From assembly GCA_030055465.1 (NCBI GenBank), contig JASFYF010000001.1, forward strand, positions 163,179-227,178: DNA of 64,000 bases, in the 5' to 3' direction. The notes under the pieces are model-generated. The model saw nothing but the letters and a program-made list of their open reading frames with translations, was not told the origin of the DNA and did no database searches. Positions 49,410 to 59,058 of this stretch are shown piece after piece. The stretch's first letter is position 1; each line of letters starts with the position of its first letter. The translations under genes were made by a program, and so were the position numbers. This DNA is from Candidatus Nezhaarchaeota archaeon. GTDB lineage: Archaea > Thermoproteota > Methanomethylicia > Nezhaarchaeales > WYZ-LMO8.

Positions 49410-50093
49410 CTAAAGGACGAGCCTTAAAGCTTCCTCCGCCCTTCCTCTGAACACTACTCTGCCCTCATCAATCAACAGGGCCTCATCCGCCACGGACAAC
49501 AGCGGAAGCGGGTCATGAGTTGAGACAACTATCGCTGAGCTATCCTTTAAGTCCTCTAGAACCCGTACAACGCTTCTACGCTTGGATAGGTGCACGTGGG
49601 CTAGGGGTTCATCGAGGAAGAGGTACCTAGGCTTCAGGGCCAACGCCCTCACCAAGGCGATGAGCTGCTTCTCGCCGATGGACAGTCCGCCGACAGCTCT
49701 CTCCTCAGCCAAATGCTTCATGTTGAGCAACTCAACTAATCTCAGGACCTCCCTTAGCGCCTCCCCCTCTCTTAAGCCTCGAAGCTTGAAGCCGTAAGCC
49801 AAGTTGTCGAGTACGGAGCCCCTTATAACGCGCGGGGATTCGTGGACGTAGATCACCTCCCTTCTAACGCGTAGCTTATCGGGGTCTTTGAGTGACCAGT
49901 AGTCCACTCCATCCACCATTACCTTCCCTTTGGTGGCCTTGTATAGAAGAGAGGACACCTTAAGCAAGGTTGTTTTGCCGCTTCCGTTGGGCCCCATGAC
50001 CACCGTTAGGCCCCTATCGAACTGAGCGTCAACGTCACGTAGGACGTGGCGGTCGCCGGAGTAGCTGAACCAGATCTTCCTCAACTCTATCAT
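49410..50093 (-). CDS. tupC: Tungstate ABC transporter ATPase
   Basis: GPNGSGKTT, LSIGEKQ, FLDEP; in operon with tupA and tupB. Confidence 0.8.
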   Translation of the reverse strand: MIELRKIWFSYSGDRHVLRDVDAQFDRGLTVVMGPNGSGKTTLLKVSSLLYKATKGKVMVDGVDYWSLKDPDKLRVRREVIYVHESPRVIRGSVLDNLAYGFKLRGLREGEALREVLRLVELLNMKHLAEERAVGGLSIGEKQLIALVRALALKPRYLFLDEPLAHVHLSKRRSVVRVLEDLKDSSAIVVSTHDPLPLLSVADEALLIDEGRVVFRGRAEEALRLVL

Positions 50094-50737
50094 GAGAGCC
50101 TCCTCTTGATCAACCTACTGGACATGGCAACAACTACTATCGCCAGGAGCAACAATAAGCCTAAGGTCAAGGCCTTGTCGAATTCCCCTTTCTCCACCTC
50201 GAGGGCTATGGCCGTCGTTAAAACCCTCGTGGTTCCCTTAATGTTTCCACCAACGAGCAAGGCGACTCCGAGTTCCCCTATAGCCCTCGCGAAGGCGACC
50301 AGCACCACCACGAGCACTTCGCCAAGCACTTCCTTAACTACAAGCCCATATGCCTGAAGCTTGCTGGCACCTAGGGACACCGCCAGCTCCCAGTAGTTGT
50401 CGATGGCCCTAGCGAAGAGCTCGTAGGAGAGCGATATGAATAGCGGAGTTATCAAAGCCGCCTGCCCAATGATTATTGCTTGTGGGGTGTAAAGTAGGTT
50501 TAGCCATCCCAGGGGCCCAGACCGACTGAAGGCCAAGTACACGAGGAGCCCTACCAAGACCGCCGGAAAGCCCACCAACGCGTTGAAGACCCCCACAACC
50601 GGGTCTCGCCAACGGGACCTCGAGGATGCTAGCTTAACTGATGCGGGTATGCTCCAAGCAGCTGCGAGGAGCGTGGCGCTGGAGGATATTAAGAGGGACC
50701 TCGCCACCACATCGAGGATTTCGCCGCACATGGTCAT
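50090..50737 (-). CDS. tupB: Tungstate ABC transporter permease
   Basis: VLVGLLVYLAFSRSGPLG, AFARAIGELG, VGGNIKGTTRVLTTAI. Confidence 0.88.
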   Translation of the reverse strand: MTMCGEILDVVARSLLISSSATLLAAAWSIPASVKLASSRSRWRDPVVGVFNALVGFPAVLVGLLVYLAFSRSGPLGWLNLLYTPQAIIIGQAALITPLFISLSYELFARAIDNYWELAVSLGASKLQAYGLVVKEVLGEVLVVVLVAFARAIGELGVALLVGGNIKGTTRVLTTAIALEVEKGEFDKALTLGLLLLLAIVVVAMSSRLIKRRLS

Positions 50738-51633
50738 CCACCGAGGGCCTGCTTCTGCCAACAGAGCGTAAGCATCGGGATGACCCCTTTAGCTGGGTGG
50801 AAGATCTGCAGCCCATACTCCCCCATGCCGTAGGAACTTATCGCGGCTTGGCACTCATCAGATGTCAGAAACTCCACAAACAGCCTTGCCATGCCGTAAT
50901 TGACTTTGAACTTGTTTGGGTTAACTATGTAGGCGCTGTACACGTTCACGAGTTCCTCGCCTTCATTAATGAGCACCACGAGTCGATCAACTGCGCCCTC
51001 ACTCCTCAACTTAATGTAGGTGCCTACATCGCTTAGCGTGTACGCTCCTAAATTGTCGGACACTAGCAGAGCCTTAACCATATTTGACCCCACATCAAGG
51101 TACCATTCACACCCCTCAACGTTTAGGCCCGCCTCCCTCCAAAGGGCCAACTCCCTCTCATGCGTCCCAGAGCGATCACCCCGGCTCACGAAGACAGCTT
51201 CACCCCTCAGCCCAGCATCGTAAATCCTCTTAAAGGCCTCCACAGGGTCGGCTAGGCCGCTGATTTTCGCCGGATCCTCTTTCGGCCCAAGCACCACGAA
51301 GTAGTTGAATGCGAATATCCTCCCCTCCACCAGGAAGCCACCATCCAAGTACCTCTTCTCCAAGTTTGGCGCGTGGGAGAGGACGACGTCCACGTCACCT
51401 CTCGACGCCAACTCAAGTGACTGCCCGCTGCCCAGAGGCATCAAGTGTATGGTTATACCGTAAGCTCGAGAGAAGTCATCGACGAGCCTGTCAAGTAGGC
51501 CCGTGTAGTACAGGCTCGTGGTGGTGGCCACCCTGAGAACACCTCCATTGCTGGAGGTGACAAGCATGCAGTATACGCTTGCCACCACTATTACGGTAAA
51601 CGCCGCGGCGGCAGCAACCTTAAATGCGTTCAT
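50734..51633 (-). CDS. tupA: Tungstate-binding protein
   Basis: RVATTTS signature, GSGQSL...GDVD...SHAP, FVSRGDRSGTH, YTLSD. Confidence 0.92.
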   Translation of the reverse strand: MNAFKVAAAAAFTVIVVASVYCMLVTSSNGGVLRVATTTSLYYTGLLDRLVDDFSRAYGITIHLMPLGSGQSLELASRGDVDVVLSHAPNLEKRYLDGGFLVEGRIFAFNYFVVLGPKEDPAKISGLADPVEAFKRIYDAGLRGEAVFVSRGDRSGTHERELALWREAGLNVEGCEWYLDVGSNMVKALLVSDNLGAYTLSDVGTYIKLRSEGAVDRLVVLINEGEELVNVYSAYIVNPNKFKVNYGMARLFVEFLTSDECQAAISSYGMGEYGLQIFHPAKGVIPMLTLCWQKQALGG

Positions 51634-51741
51634 ACGTCACATCTAGTGGCAGCTGAGGAATTATAAATCTGCTGAAAGAAGGGACCTCTCCTCCAGCCAT
51701 TAATGGCGAGGCTTGAACGATTGTCAATTTTCGCGCAGCTT

Positions 51742-53142
51742 CTACCTCACTGTTTCTTCATGATAATGCAAGGGCTCCCCCAACGCTAAGCGCGCCACCT
51801 CACCTATCGCCTCCGCGTAGGTTGGATGAGCATATACTGCCTCCGCCAGGTCTGCTAACGTTAAGCCCTTGCTCATCGCAACGGCCAGCACGTGTATCAC
51901 TTCAGCAGCCTCGTTGCCCACAATCTCAGCGCCCAAAATCCTGTTGGTTTCATGTTCGACAACAAGCTTGACGAATCCGTCGCTCGTCTTGGATAACGCC
52001 GAAATGTTTCTGCCAAGGGCCGAGTAGGGAAGCCTATAGCACCTACACTTAAAGCCAAGTTTGCCGGCCTCTTGCTCCGTCAAGCCCACCAACGCCACTT
52101 GGGGGTGCGAGAAGGCCACCACCGGTACGGGTTCGCGAAGCGCCTTAGATGTCCCCTTCCATATGATGTCTGCGACTACTAAACCATCCCTGAAGGCCTT
52201 GTGGGCCAGCTGCGGTGGACCGGCAACGTCGCCCGCTGCAAACACGTTCGGTACGCTGGTTCGAAGTTGAGCATCGACTTTAACGCCGGCGCCATCATGC
52301 TTTACTCCCAAGGTCTCGAGGCCTAAACCCTCAACGTTCGCCTTCCTGCCCACGGCTACTAGAACCTTCTCTACCTCTATCTCCCTTTGCAATCCGCCTG
52401 ATGACACGAGCACCTTAGCTCCGCCGTTAACCCGGGAGACGCCCTTAACGGCTGAATTGAAGTATGTTTTAACCCCCAGCTTCTTCATGTATCTTTCCAC
52501 CACCGCTGATGCATCCCGGTCCATAAAGTAAAGGGGCCTTTCAAGCACCTCTATGAGGTGCACCTCTTTGCCTAGCATGGCTAAAGCCGTCGCCACCTCT
52601 ACGCCGACGGCTCCTGCACCCACCACAGCTATGGATTCCGGTGGAGATCTAAGCCTGAAGAACTCTCTGTTGGATATTATTGTCTCCCCATCAAATGGCA
52701 CTCCTGGTAATGGTCTAGGATCGGAGCCTGTGGCTATAACTATGAACTTGCATTCCAGCCTAGTGCTCGAGGATCCCTCAACGACTTCGACTTCCCGGTT
52801 GCTGATTAGCTTCCCATGGCCCTTGTAAACGTCGACGCCCTGAAGTAGGATCTTTACGCCTTCACGCGCCCTGAAGGCAGCCCTCTCCAGGTGCTTCATG
52901 ACCAATTGCGGCGATGTAATCTTGAAGTCTAGCGAGAAGCCCAAATGCCTTAGCGAGGCGCCATTAAAGAGGGCCTCGGCAACATCCATGAGCGCTTTGG
53001 ATGGTATACACCCGTAGTTCGCACATTCTCCACCTAGCTCCCCCCTCTCGATGAGGGCCACTTTGAAGCCGCGCCGGCTGAGCGAAATGGCAGCAACATA
53101 GCCTGCTGGGCCGCCGCCTATCACCACAACGTCGTACAGCAA
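51742..53142 (-). CDS. lpdA: Dihydrolipoamide dehydrogenase
   Basis: GGGPAGY, GGECANYGCIPSK, GAGAVGVE, AHKA, HPTYAEA. Confidence 0.92.
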   Translation of the reverse strand: MLYDVVVIGGGPAGYVAAISLSRRGFKVALIERGELGGECANYGCIPSKALMDVAEALFNGASLRHLGFSLDFKITSPQLVMKHLERAAFRAREGVKILLQGVDVYKGHGKLISNREVEVVEGSSSTRLECKFIVIATGSDPRPLPGVPFDGETIISNREFFRLRSPPESIAVVGAGAVGVEVATALAMLGKEVHLIEVLERPLYFMDRDASAVVERYMKKLGVKTYFNSAVKGVSRVNGGAKVLVSSGGLQREIEVEKVLVAVGRKANVEGLGLETLGVKHDGAGVKVDAQLRTSVPNVFAAGDVAGPPQLAHKAFRDGLVVADIIWKGTSKALREPVPVVAFSHPQVALVGLTEQEAGKLGFKCRCYRLPYSALGRNISALSKTSDGFVKLVVEHETNRILGAEIVGNEAAEVIHVLAVAMSKGLTLADLAEAVYAHPTYAEAIGEVARLALGEPLHYHEETVR

Positions 53143-53446
53143 GTTGAGTCACCAGTGAACGTTAGAGTCTCGGCAACTTTAAACTTTGACGTGGACCAAA
53201 ACCGACCCCAACTTGAAGGTTAAGGTTGACCTCGTCTAGCGCGAAGAGCTCAGCGGGGCTGCGTTCTAAGCGAGTTTTCAGGTGAACTCACACCACTTAA
53301 GGCCCAACAGCTTAAGGTTGACGGGATGAGCCCACATCCACCGCGCCCTCGCCAACATTGAGCTATTAGGCGAATATTGGAGTCCCGGCACCGCTCTAAA
53401 GCACAATCTTTAGGACTCACGCCCGTTATAAGGCTCTAAACGGCTT

Positions 53447-54742
53447 CTAGGAGGTTGGCAAGGGGCGCTTCCCAATGGTGACGGGCACATCAATTGCTCT
53501 TCCGCCCCTGAGCACCGTCAGCTCCACGGTCTGCCCAGGCACCGTGTACTCCTCTAGGTAGCTCACCAAGAAGTCGAAGTTTGTAACCTTCACGCCGTCA
53601 ATCGCTATAATTATGTCTCCGCCAACCTCTATGTACCTTCCATCAAAGTAGACCTGCTTGGTTCCACCCTTTATCCCAGCTTTGTCAGCAGGCCCACCGG
53701 GAGTAACCCGCGTTATCAAAACCCCGTAAGTGACGTTCACGCCCATCATCTTAGCTATTGGATAGTTCATGTCAACCCCGCTGATGCCCATCCACGGGTG
53801 GCCCTCATATCTCCCCGTGGACACGAGCGAGCCTATCTCCTTCAGGATCGTGTTGGATGGAATGGCGAAGCCCAACCCTTGAGAGTCGCTTACGATTGCG
53901 GTTGTTATTCCCACGACGCTGCCTCTAAGGTTTACGAGGGGGCCTCCGGAGTTGCCTGGATTCAGGGGGGCTGTCGTCTGAATAACGTTGGGTATAGCGT
54001 ATCCCCCTGTTTGATCCTCGACTAATGTTCTGCCAAGGGCGCTCACAACGCCCACGCTCATGGAGCCGGCTAAGCCGTAGGGGTTACCTATGGCTATCAC
54101 GACGTCGCCGACGTTAAGGGTTGATGAGCTCTCGATAACCAGAGGCTTCAGCTTATCGCGGGGGGCGTCGGCTGCAAGCACGGCGAGATCGGAGTAGACG
54201 TCGTAGCCGAGCGCACGTGCCGGGTATTCCTCCCCATCAATGAAGGTCACGGTTATCGTGAAGCGGGAACCGTCAACTACGGCGTTTTCAACTACGTGGT
54301 AGTTCGTAATGATAACCATCATTCCGCTGTGGTTGTAAACGAAGCCCGAACCCTGAGAGTAAAGCGCGTAGTAGGAGTCCCCCCAAAAACTGTAGCTCAT
54401 CCTGTAAATCTTGATAACCACGACGGACTCCCTGACCTCCTCGTAAATCCATGAGAATGCGGACTCGTTTTTGAGGGTCAAGTCAACCGGAACGCTTTGA
54501 GCGGACTTCAAAAGACTATGCACTTGCTGCCGCAGCGCGGAGACCTCATCTTCAAGCTTGCCGATTTTATCGGAGAGCTCCGCGTAACGGGGAAAGTAAC
54601 CTACCGCTCCGCAGAAAAAGTAGCCTAATACTCCACCAGTGATCAACCCCACGATAAGTAAGGCTATTAAAACTCCCCTTGATCCTCTCCTCTTCTCGCA
54701 CACCGGTCCTGGCCAAGGCTCCGGCATAGACGTAGTCAGCAC
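53447..54742 (-). CDS. Membrane-anchored HtrA/DegP-like serine protease with PDZ domain
   Basis: TM, short coiled coil, TNYHV, DLAVL, NPGNSGGP, PDZ GGPADKAG. Confidence 0.93.
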   Translation of the reverse strand: MLTTSMPEPWPGPVCEKRRGSRGVLIALLIVGLITGGVLGYFFCGAVGYFPRYAELSDKIGKLEDEVSALRQQVHSLLKSAQSVPVDLTLKNESAFSWIYEEVRESVVVIKIYRMSYSFWGDSYYALYSQGSGFVYNHSGMMVIITNYHVVENAVVDGSRFTITVTFIDGEEYPARALGYDVYSDLAVLAADAPRDKLKPLVIESSSTLNVGDVVIAIGNPYGLAGSMSVGVVSALGRTLVEDQTGGYAIPNVIQTTAPLNPGNSGGPLVNLRGSVVGITTAIVSDSQGLGFAIPSNTILKEIGSLVSTGRYEGHPWMGISGVDMNYPIAKMMGVNVTYGVLITRVTPGGPADKAGIKGGTKQVYFDGRYIEVGGDIIIAIDGVKVTNFDFLVSYLEEYTVPGQTVELTVLRGGRAIDVPVTIGKRPLPTS

Positions 54743-54810
54743 CCCCTCCCCTTATTCAAGGTTTGCTCGTTGAAGTATAAGCGACTTTACAATAATAAAA
54801 AGATAGTTGT

Positions 54811-55308
54811 TTACTGTGTTTTTTGTATGACAGTCTTGGAGTGAATTTCTATCTCGAGCACTTTAGCGTTCTCAACGTCAACCTTCACGAAGGCGCAACC
54901 AGCAGCGTCTTTCTTGAGCGTTACCACGGCCATCGTAGCTTTAAGGGTTACGGTGCCGTCCTCCCCCACCACAGCCTTCACTATGGGCTTAATGGATGCA
55001 ACCGTATAGCCATCGTTGAGCAGGTCTTGGACGTTTCCATCGCTTTCAGCGATCCCCATAACCTTGTTCTTAAACTCCTCGCTAACTTCTAGGAAACCAC
55101 AAAACCCTCTTAAGCCCTTCCCACACTGAGGGATTCGCATTCCGCTGAAGCCCTTGAATGGATGTAGAGCCCCGCCGTCCATGGAGCCCGCATCGCTCGC
55201 GCAGAGGTTCTTCAGCTCTAAAGCATAGGTGGCGTTAAGCACCGCGAAGCATGCGATCGCCGCCACCGCAGCTGCCAACGTTATCGCCACTACTTTACGC
55301 TTATTCAT
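54811..55308 (-). CDS. Secreted hypothetical protein
   Basis: Signal-like N-terminus MNKRK + hydrophobic stretch; EVSEEFKNKV...VQDLLNDGY. Confidence 0.7.
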   Translation of the reverse strand: MNKRKVVAITLAAAVAAIACFAVLNATYALELKNLCASDAGSMDGGALHPFKGFSGMRIPQCGKGLRGFCGFLEVSEEFKNKVMGIAESDGNVQDLLNDGYTVASIKPIVKAVVGEDGTVTLKATMAVVTLKKDAAGCAFVKVDVENAKVLEIEIHSKTVIQKTQ

Positions 55309-55501
55309 AACGACCCCACTTTAAGGGGGGTTGGGGTGCGCTCTTAAGCGTTTACCAGATTTCCATCCAACTTGCACCCGAATCTCCTGCGCCTTCCCCC
55401 ATCACCAGTGAGTGCGGGCCTCCAGCCGCAATCCTCGAAGTTTTTAACTTCGGGTGCGCGCTATACAAATCCATCAGCACTCGAAGAGCAGGGAAAGGTG
55501 G

Positions 55502-55810
55502 ATGGCTTCAGATCAACGCTACTTCAAGTACCTGGTAGGATGGCTTATCGTGGGCACAAAGGGGGGACTCACCCGCGCACGGATAATCCAAGCATTGAAG
55601 AATGGGCCTAAAAACGCAAATCAGCTGGCTAACGCCCTTGGACTTGACTACAAGACCGTGAGGCATCACCTAGAGGTGCTGGTCAAGAACGGGATGGTTC
55701 TGGCAGTCGGCGAGGGCTACGGAACCACGTACTTCCTCTCTGAAACTATGGAGAAGAACTACCCCCTCTTCGAGGAGGTTCTGGGAAGAATTGGGAAAAA
55801 AATAAAATAG
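55502..55810 (+). CDS. ArsR-like winged-helix regulator
   Basis: GTKGGLTRARII...NANQLANALGLDYKTVRHHLEVL...YGTTYFL. Confidence 0.88.
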   Translation: MASDQRYFKYLVGWLIVGTKGGLTRARIIQALKNGPKNANQLANALGLDYKTVRHHLEVLVKNGMVLAVGEGYGTTYFLSETMEKNYPLFEEVLGRIGKKIK

Positions 55811-55835
55811 GAGGGAATCCTCTACGGGGAAAATC

Positions 55836-56279
55836 GTGGGTGGAGATCGAGAGGGCAGGTCGCTGCTCCTACCAATACTGATCATTTCATTGGCAATAAC
55901 GACCATATTACTCCTAGCGGTGCATCTATGGTTTCGGCCCTCATTGCATCCCTGGGGACTCCGCGAGCGGCCCCTGCTGATAAGCCTCTGGGACATAGAG
56001 TTCTTCTACATAGCTAAGACGGTCTTCTCAACTTTGAACGCCCTTCTCCTCTTATCTCTCCTCGCCATATATGTAGACATGTACAGAAAGACGAGGTCTG
56101 AGTTTACCGTTGGACTCATAATTTTCTCGTTCACACTTCTCCTCTACGCGCTTACTTCCAACCCGCTGCTCGCCGCTGCTTTCGGCTTCAGGCCCTTTGG
56201 CCTAGGCCCTTTCGCCCTTCTGCCGGATCTCTTCGCGTTCTCAGCTCTCGTAGTCCTAATATACTTAACCGCAAAGTAG
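55836..56279 (+). CDS. Four-TM hypothetical membrane protein
   Basis: YRKTRSEFTVGL, NPLL...GFRPFGLGPF...LPDLF. Confidence 0.75.
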   Translation: MGGDREGRSLLLPILIISLAITTILLLAVHLWFRPSLHPWGLRERPLLISLWDIEFFYIAKTVFSTLNALLLLSLLAIYVDMYRKTRSEFTVGLIIFSFTLLLYALTSNPLLAAAFGFRPFGLGPFALLPDLFAFSALVVLIYLTAK

Positions 56280-56306
56280 GGACAGCGAGCGGCTTCGCCG
56301 CAACAA

Positions 56307-57260
56307 CTATTGTAAACGATGGAGGCTTGCTCTTCCTAGAACTATGAAACGCCTGCCCTCGTAGTCAACCATTCTTATTAAGCCTCTACCCTCAAGATCC
56401 TTGAGGGTTGCCAAAGGGTCTGAGAGGGTTCTCCTCAACAGTTCAACGGCGTAGCTGAACTCTAATGGATGCACGGAAAGAGTAGCTAGCAAGTACCGCA
56501 GCGGGTCATCGATGGATGGCGGAGGAGGCTCTAGGGAGGATAGCAGCCTCACCTCGCACTTAACACTCTTGCTAATCACGCCGTGAGCAACGGCGAGGTC
56601 CTCTTCGGATGGGGGCTTAACCCACGGTTCTGCTGGTGGCCTCACAGGGGGCATGATGTATACTGCTTTCGGTTTAACTTCAGCTACTACGCCAGATAGT
56701 GCTTCGATGTTCCACAAGCTATCGTTAAGCCCCCTTACTAGTGTGGTCTCGGTTATTAATTCCCCACTGTAGCTATCCGAGAATCTGATGATGCCATCAA
56801 TCACCTCGTCGAGCCTTAGTGATCGGTGAGGTCTATTAACCCTTCTCCAGGGCTCCTCGGCGGCGGCATCGATCTTTATGGATACCAAGTCGGCCTCATT
56901 TAAGCTGTCCCTCACGCTCTCCATCCACAACAATGACGCATTAGTCAAAACTGCCACTGGTTTACTTGTCCTCTCCCTTATCATGCGTATCTTTAGCTTC
57001 AAGTCAGCATCCAAGGTTGGCTCCCCATCAGGGACGAAGGACACGTAGTCCACATCGACTTCGCGTCTCAGCGCATCGGTGACAGCTTCAACGAGTTCGC
57101 CCACGCTGCAAAAGCGCCTGCGCTTAATCGTGAGCTTAGTTGTCGCCCCAAGCTGGCAGTAGACGCATGAATATGAACAATGCTTGTAGGGAACATTATT
57201 TATTCCAAGCGATAGTCCAAGCCTCCTAGAGTGTACAGGACCAAAAACTAGGCTGCACAT
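56307..57260 (-). CDS. Radical SAM protein (COG0731-like)
   Basis: FGPVHSRRLGLSLGIN, KHCSYSCVYCQLG, DGEPTL, VLTNASL; start trimmed from 57452. Confidence 0.88.
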   Translation of the reverse strand: MCSLVFGPVHSRRLGLSLGINNVPYKHCSYSCVYCQLGATTKLTIKRRRFCSVGELVEAVTDALRREVDVDYVSFVPDGEPTLDADLKLKIRMIRERTSKPVAVLTNASLLWMESVRDSLNEADLVSIKIDAAAEEPWRRVNRPHRSLRLDEVIDGIIRFSDSYSGELITETTLVRGLNDSLWNIEALSGVVAEVKPKAVYIMPPVRPPAEPWVKPPSEEDLAVAHGVISKSVKCEVRLLSSLEPPPPSIDDPLRYLLATLSVHPLEFSYAVELLRRTLSDPLATLKDLEGRGLIRMVDYEGRRFIVLGRASLHRLQ

Positions 57261-57742
57261 CTTCAACGTGAAGATATCCTGCAGAGGAGCATTTAAAAGT
57301 CCCCCGGTACCTAGAGGGCAAAGCATTAATATTGGTGAGATGCCTAAGCATAAGCCACACCGGAATTCACGGATGGTTACACTCCTAGGGTTGGAAGAAT
57401 TAGATCTTGCGGTGTAGGGGCTCTCCACAAGCATAACATTAACCTTCAGCAACTTTAGTGAAGGTAAGGCGATGCCAGGACAGCACGCTTCTTAATGACG
57501 CGTGGCCCTCATGACTAAGGCCTTAAAACCATCCAAGAGCGCGGCGGAGCGTAACCCCTTGATGTCGCTGGGACCTGAAAGCAACCTTTAAGGATTGTTG
57601 CCGCGCTGTTAACTTTGGAGCTGTTATAAATAGGCAGGAGAATTGTGCTACAGTTGCCGTCGCACCCCCTGTTCATGCTGCTCCTCTTATCCCTAGCCCT
57701 GATGCCCTTTTGTGGCTGTACTCTATTCCTAGGGCTTTGGCC

Positions 57743-58493
57743 TTGAAGCGTATATTTTCTACTCGATCTCATGCTTTCTGGGCTAGATTTAATCGTGATC
57801 CTTTTAGGGTTTGGGGCATGTTCACACGACTAGCCTTGGCTTTCCAGCCTCTAGGTGTCAGCATGTCAGCGAGCTACGTCATCGCTCTAGTGATGATAGT
57901 GGCATCTATGACGCTCAGCGCAGTTAATGTAGTGCTCGTCGAGGTTCCCAGAAAGGTGGTTGTGCCCCACGTGAAGTACGTGACCATGTACGTGACCATA
58001 TTCGGGGTGCCATACTCGGTGCCAGAGCTCAGATTCGTGAGCTCTAAGACGCTAATAGCCGTGAACGCCGGGGAAGCCGTTGTACCGCTCTTCGTATCGG
58101 TTACAGTATTGGCGCTCATCTCTATGCAGAGGACCTCTCTAACAGCCATCACAGCCACTTTGGTTGTTGTTGCCGCGATCTCTTCCACATCCTACATGAC
58201 CTCAAAGGTTGTCCCCGGGGGTGGGCATCGTCGTACCGGCTTTGATGCCTCCTTTAACGGCTGCAATGTCACCGCTGCTCCTGCTGAGCGCTCTAAGCCT
58301 AGCAGAGCTCGCCCCAGCCGCATCATATGTGGGAGCCGTCTTAGGGACCCTCGTGGGTGCCGACCTAGTGAACTTGGTAAAGAACTTCGATAAACTACAG
58401 GCACCTCTCGTGAGTATAGGCGGAGCGGGGACCTTTGACGGGATTTACCTAAGCGGAATAACCGCTCTGCTGTTAACACTCCTTTTTGTCTGA
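57743..58493 (+). pseudogene. DUF1614 family membrane protein, frameshifted
   Basis: Split over ORFs 57710-58393 and 58209-58493. An extra G in the G5 run at 58217-58221 breaks VVPG/VGIVVP. C-terminal GADLVNL...SIGGAGTFDGI. Additional probable shifts in the N-terminal part. Confidence 0.8.
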
Positions 58494-58656
58494 GAAGGCA
58501 TAATAAGCAAAACAGCCGGAGCTCTGGTTGTGGTAGCGGATTACAACCTGAAAGCCTCGCCGTTTAGGGCTGGGATGATGATGTGGTAAGGTTTATAATC
58601 TTTGTATCCTCTAGTGTATTCTGAAATAGCCGTGGGGAGGCGACTCTCAGACGTGG

Positions 58657-59058
58657 CTTGAGCTTAAGAGCACTAGGCATGCCAGGTACTGGTGCGGCTA
58701 TCACTTCGTGTGGATACCTAAGCACCGTAGGGATGTTCTCGTAGATGCTGTTGCTGAATACACTAGAGAGGTGCTGAAGCAGATACTCCTCGAGCTCGGC
58801 TGTGAGCCTATAGCCATCGAGGTTCTACCCGATCATGTACACGTGTTCTGCTCATGTCCTCCACGGCTATCCCCAGCCTACGTGGTGAACTACCTTAAGG
58901 GTAAAAGCGCTAGGAGGTTACTACAGAGGTTCCCAGAGCTGAAGGCTGGTGCCAAAGGTGGGCTGTGGTCTAGAAGCTACTTCGTTGCAACGGTTGGTAA
59001 GGTGTCGGCAGATGTCGTTGAGAGGTATGTGGTGGAGCAGTGGGAGAAAGAGAGGTGA
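58657..59058 (+). CDS. tnpA: IS200 TnpA (Y1 HUH transposase); canonical start codon missing
   Basis: ELKSTRHARYWCGYHFVWIPKHRR, DHVH, YLKGKSAR, LWSRSYF, RYV. In-frame upstream there is CTT, not ATG/GTG/TTG. Confidence 0.85.
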   Translation, partial: LELKSTRHARYWCGYHFVWIPKHRRDVLVDAVAEYTREVLKQILLELGCEPIAIEVLPDHVHVFCSCPPRLSPAYVVNYLKGKSARRLLQRFPELKAGAKGGLWSRSYFVATVGKVSADVVERYVVEQWEKER

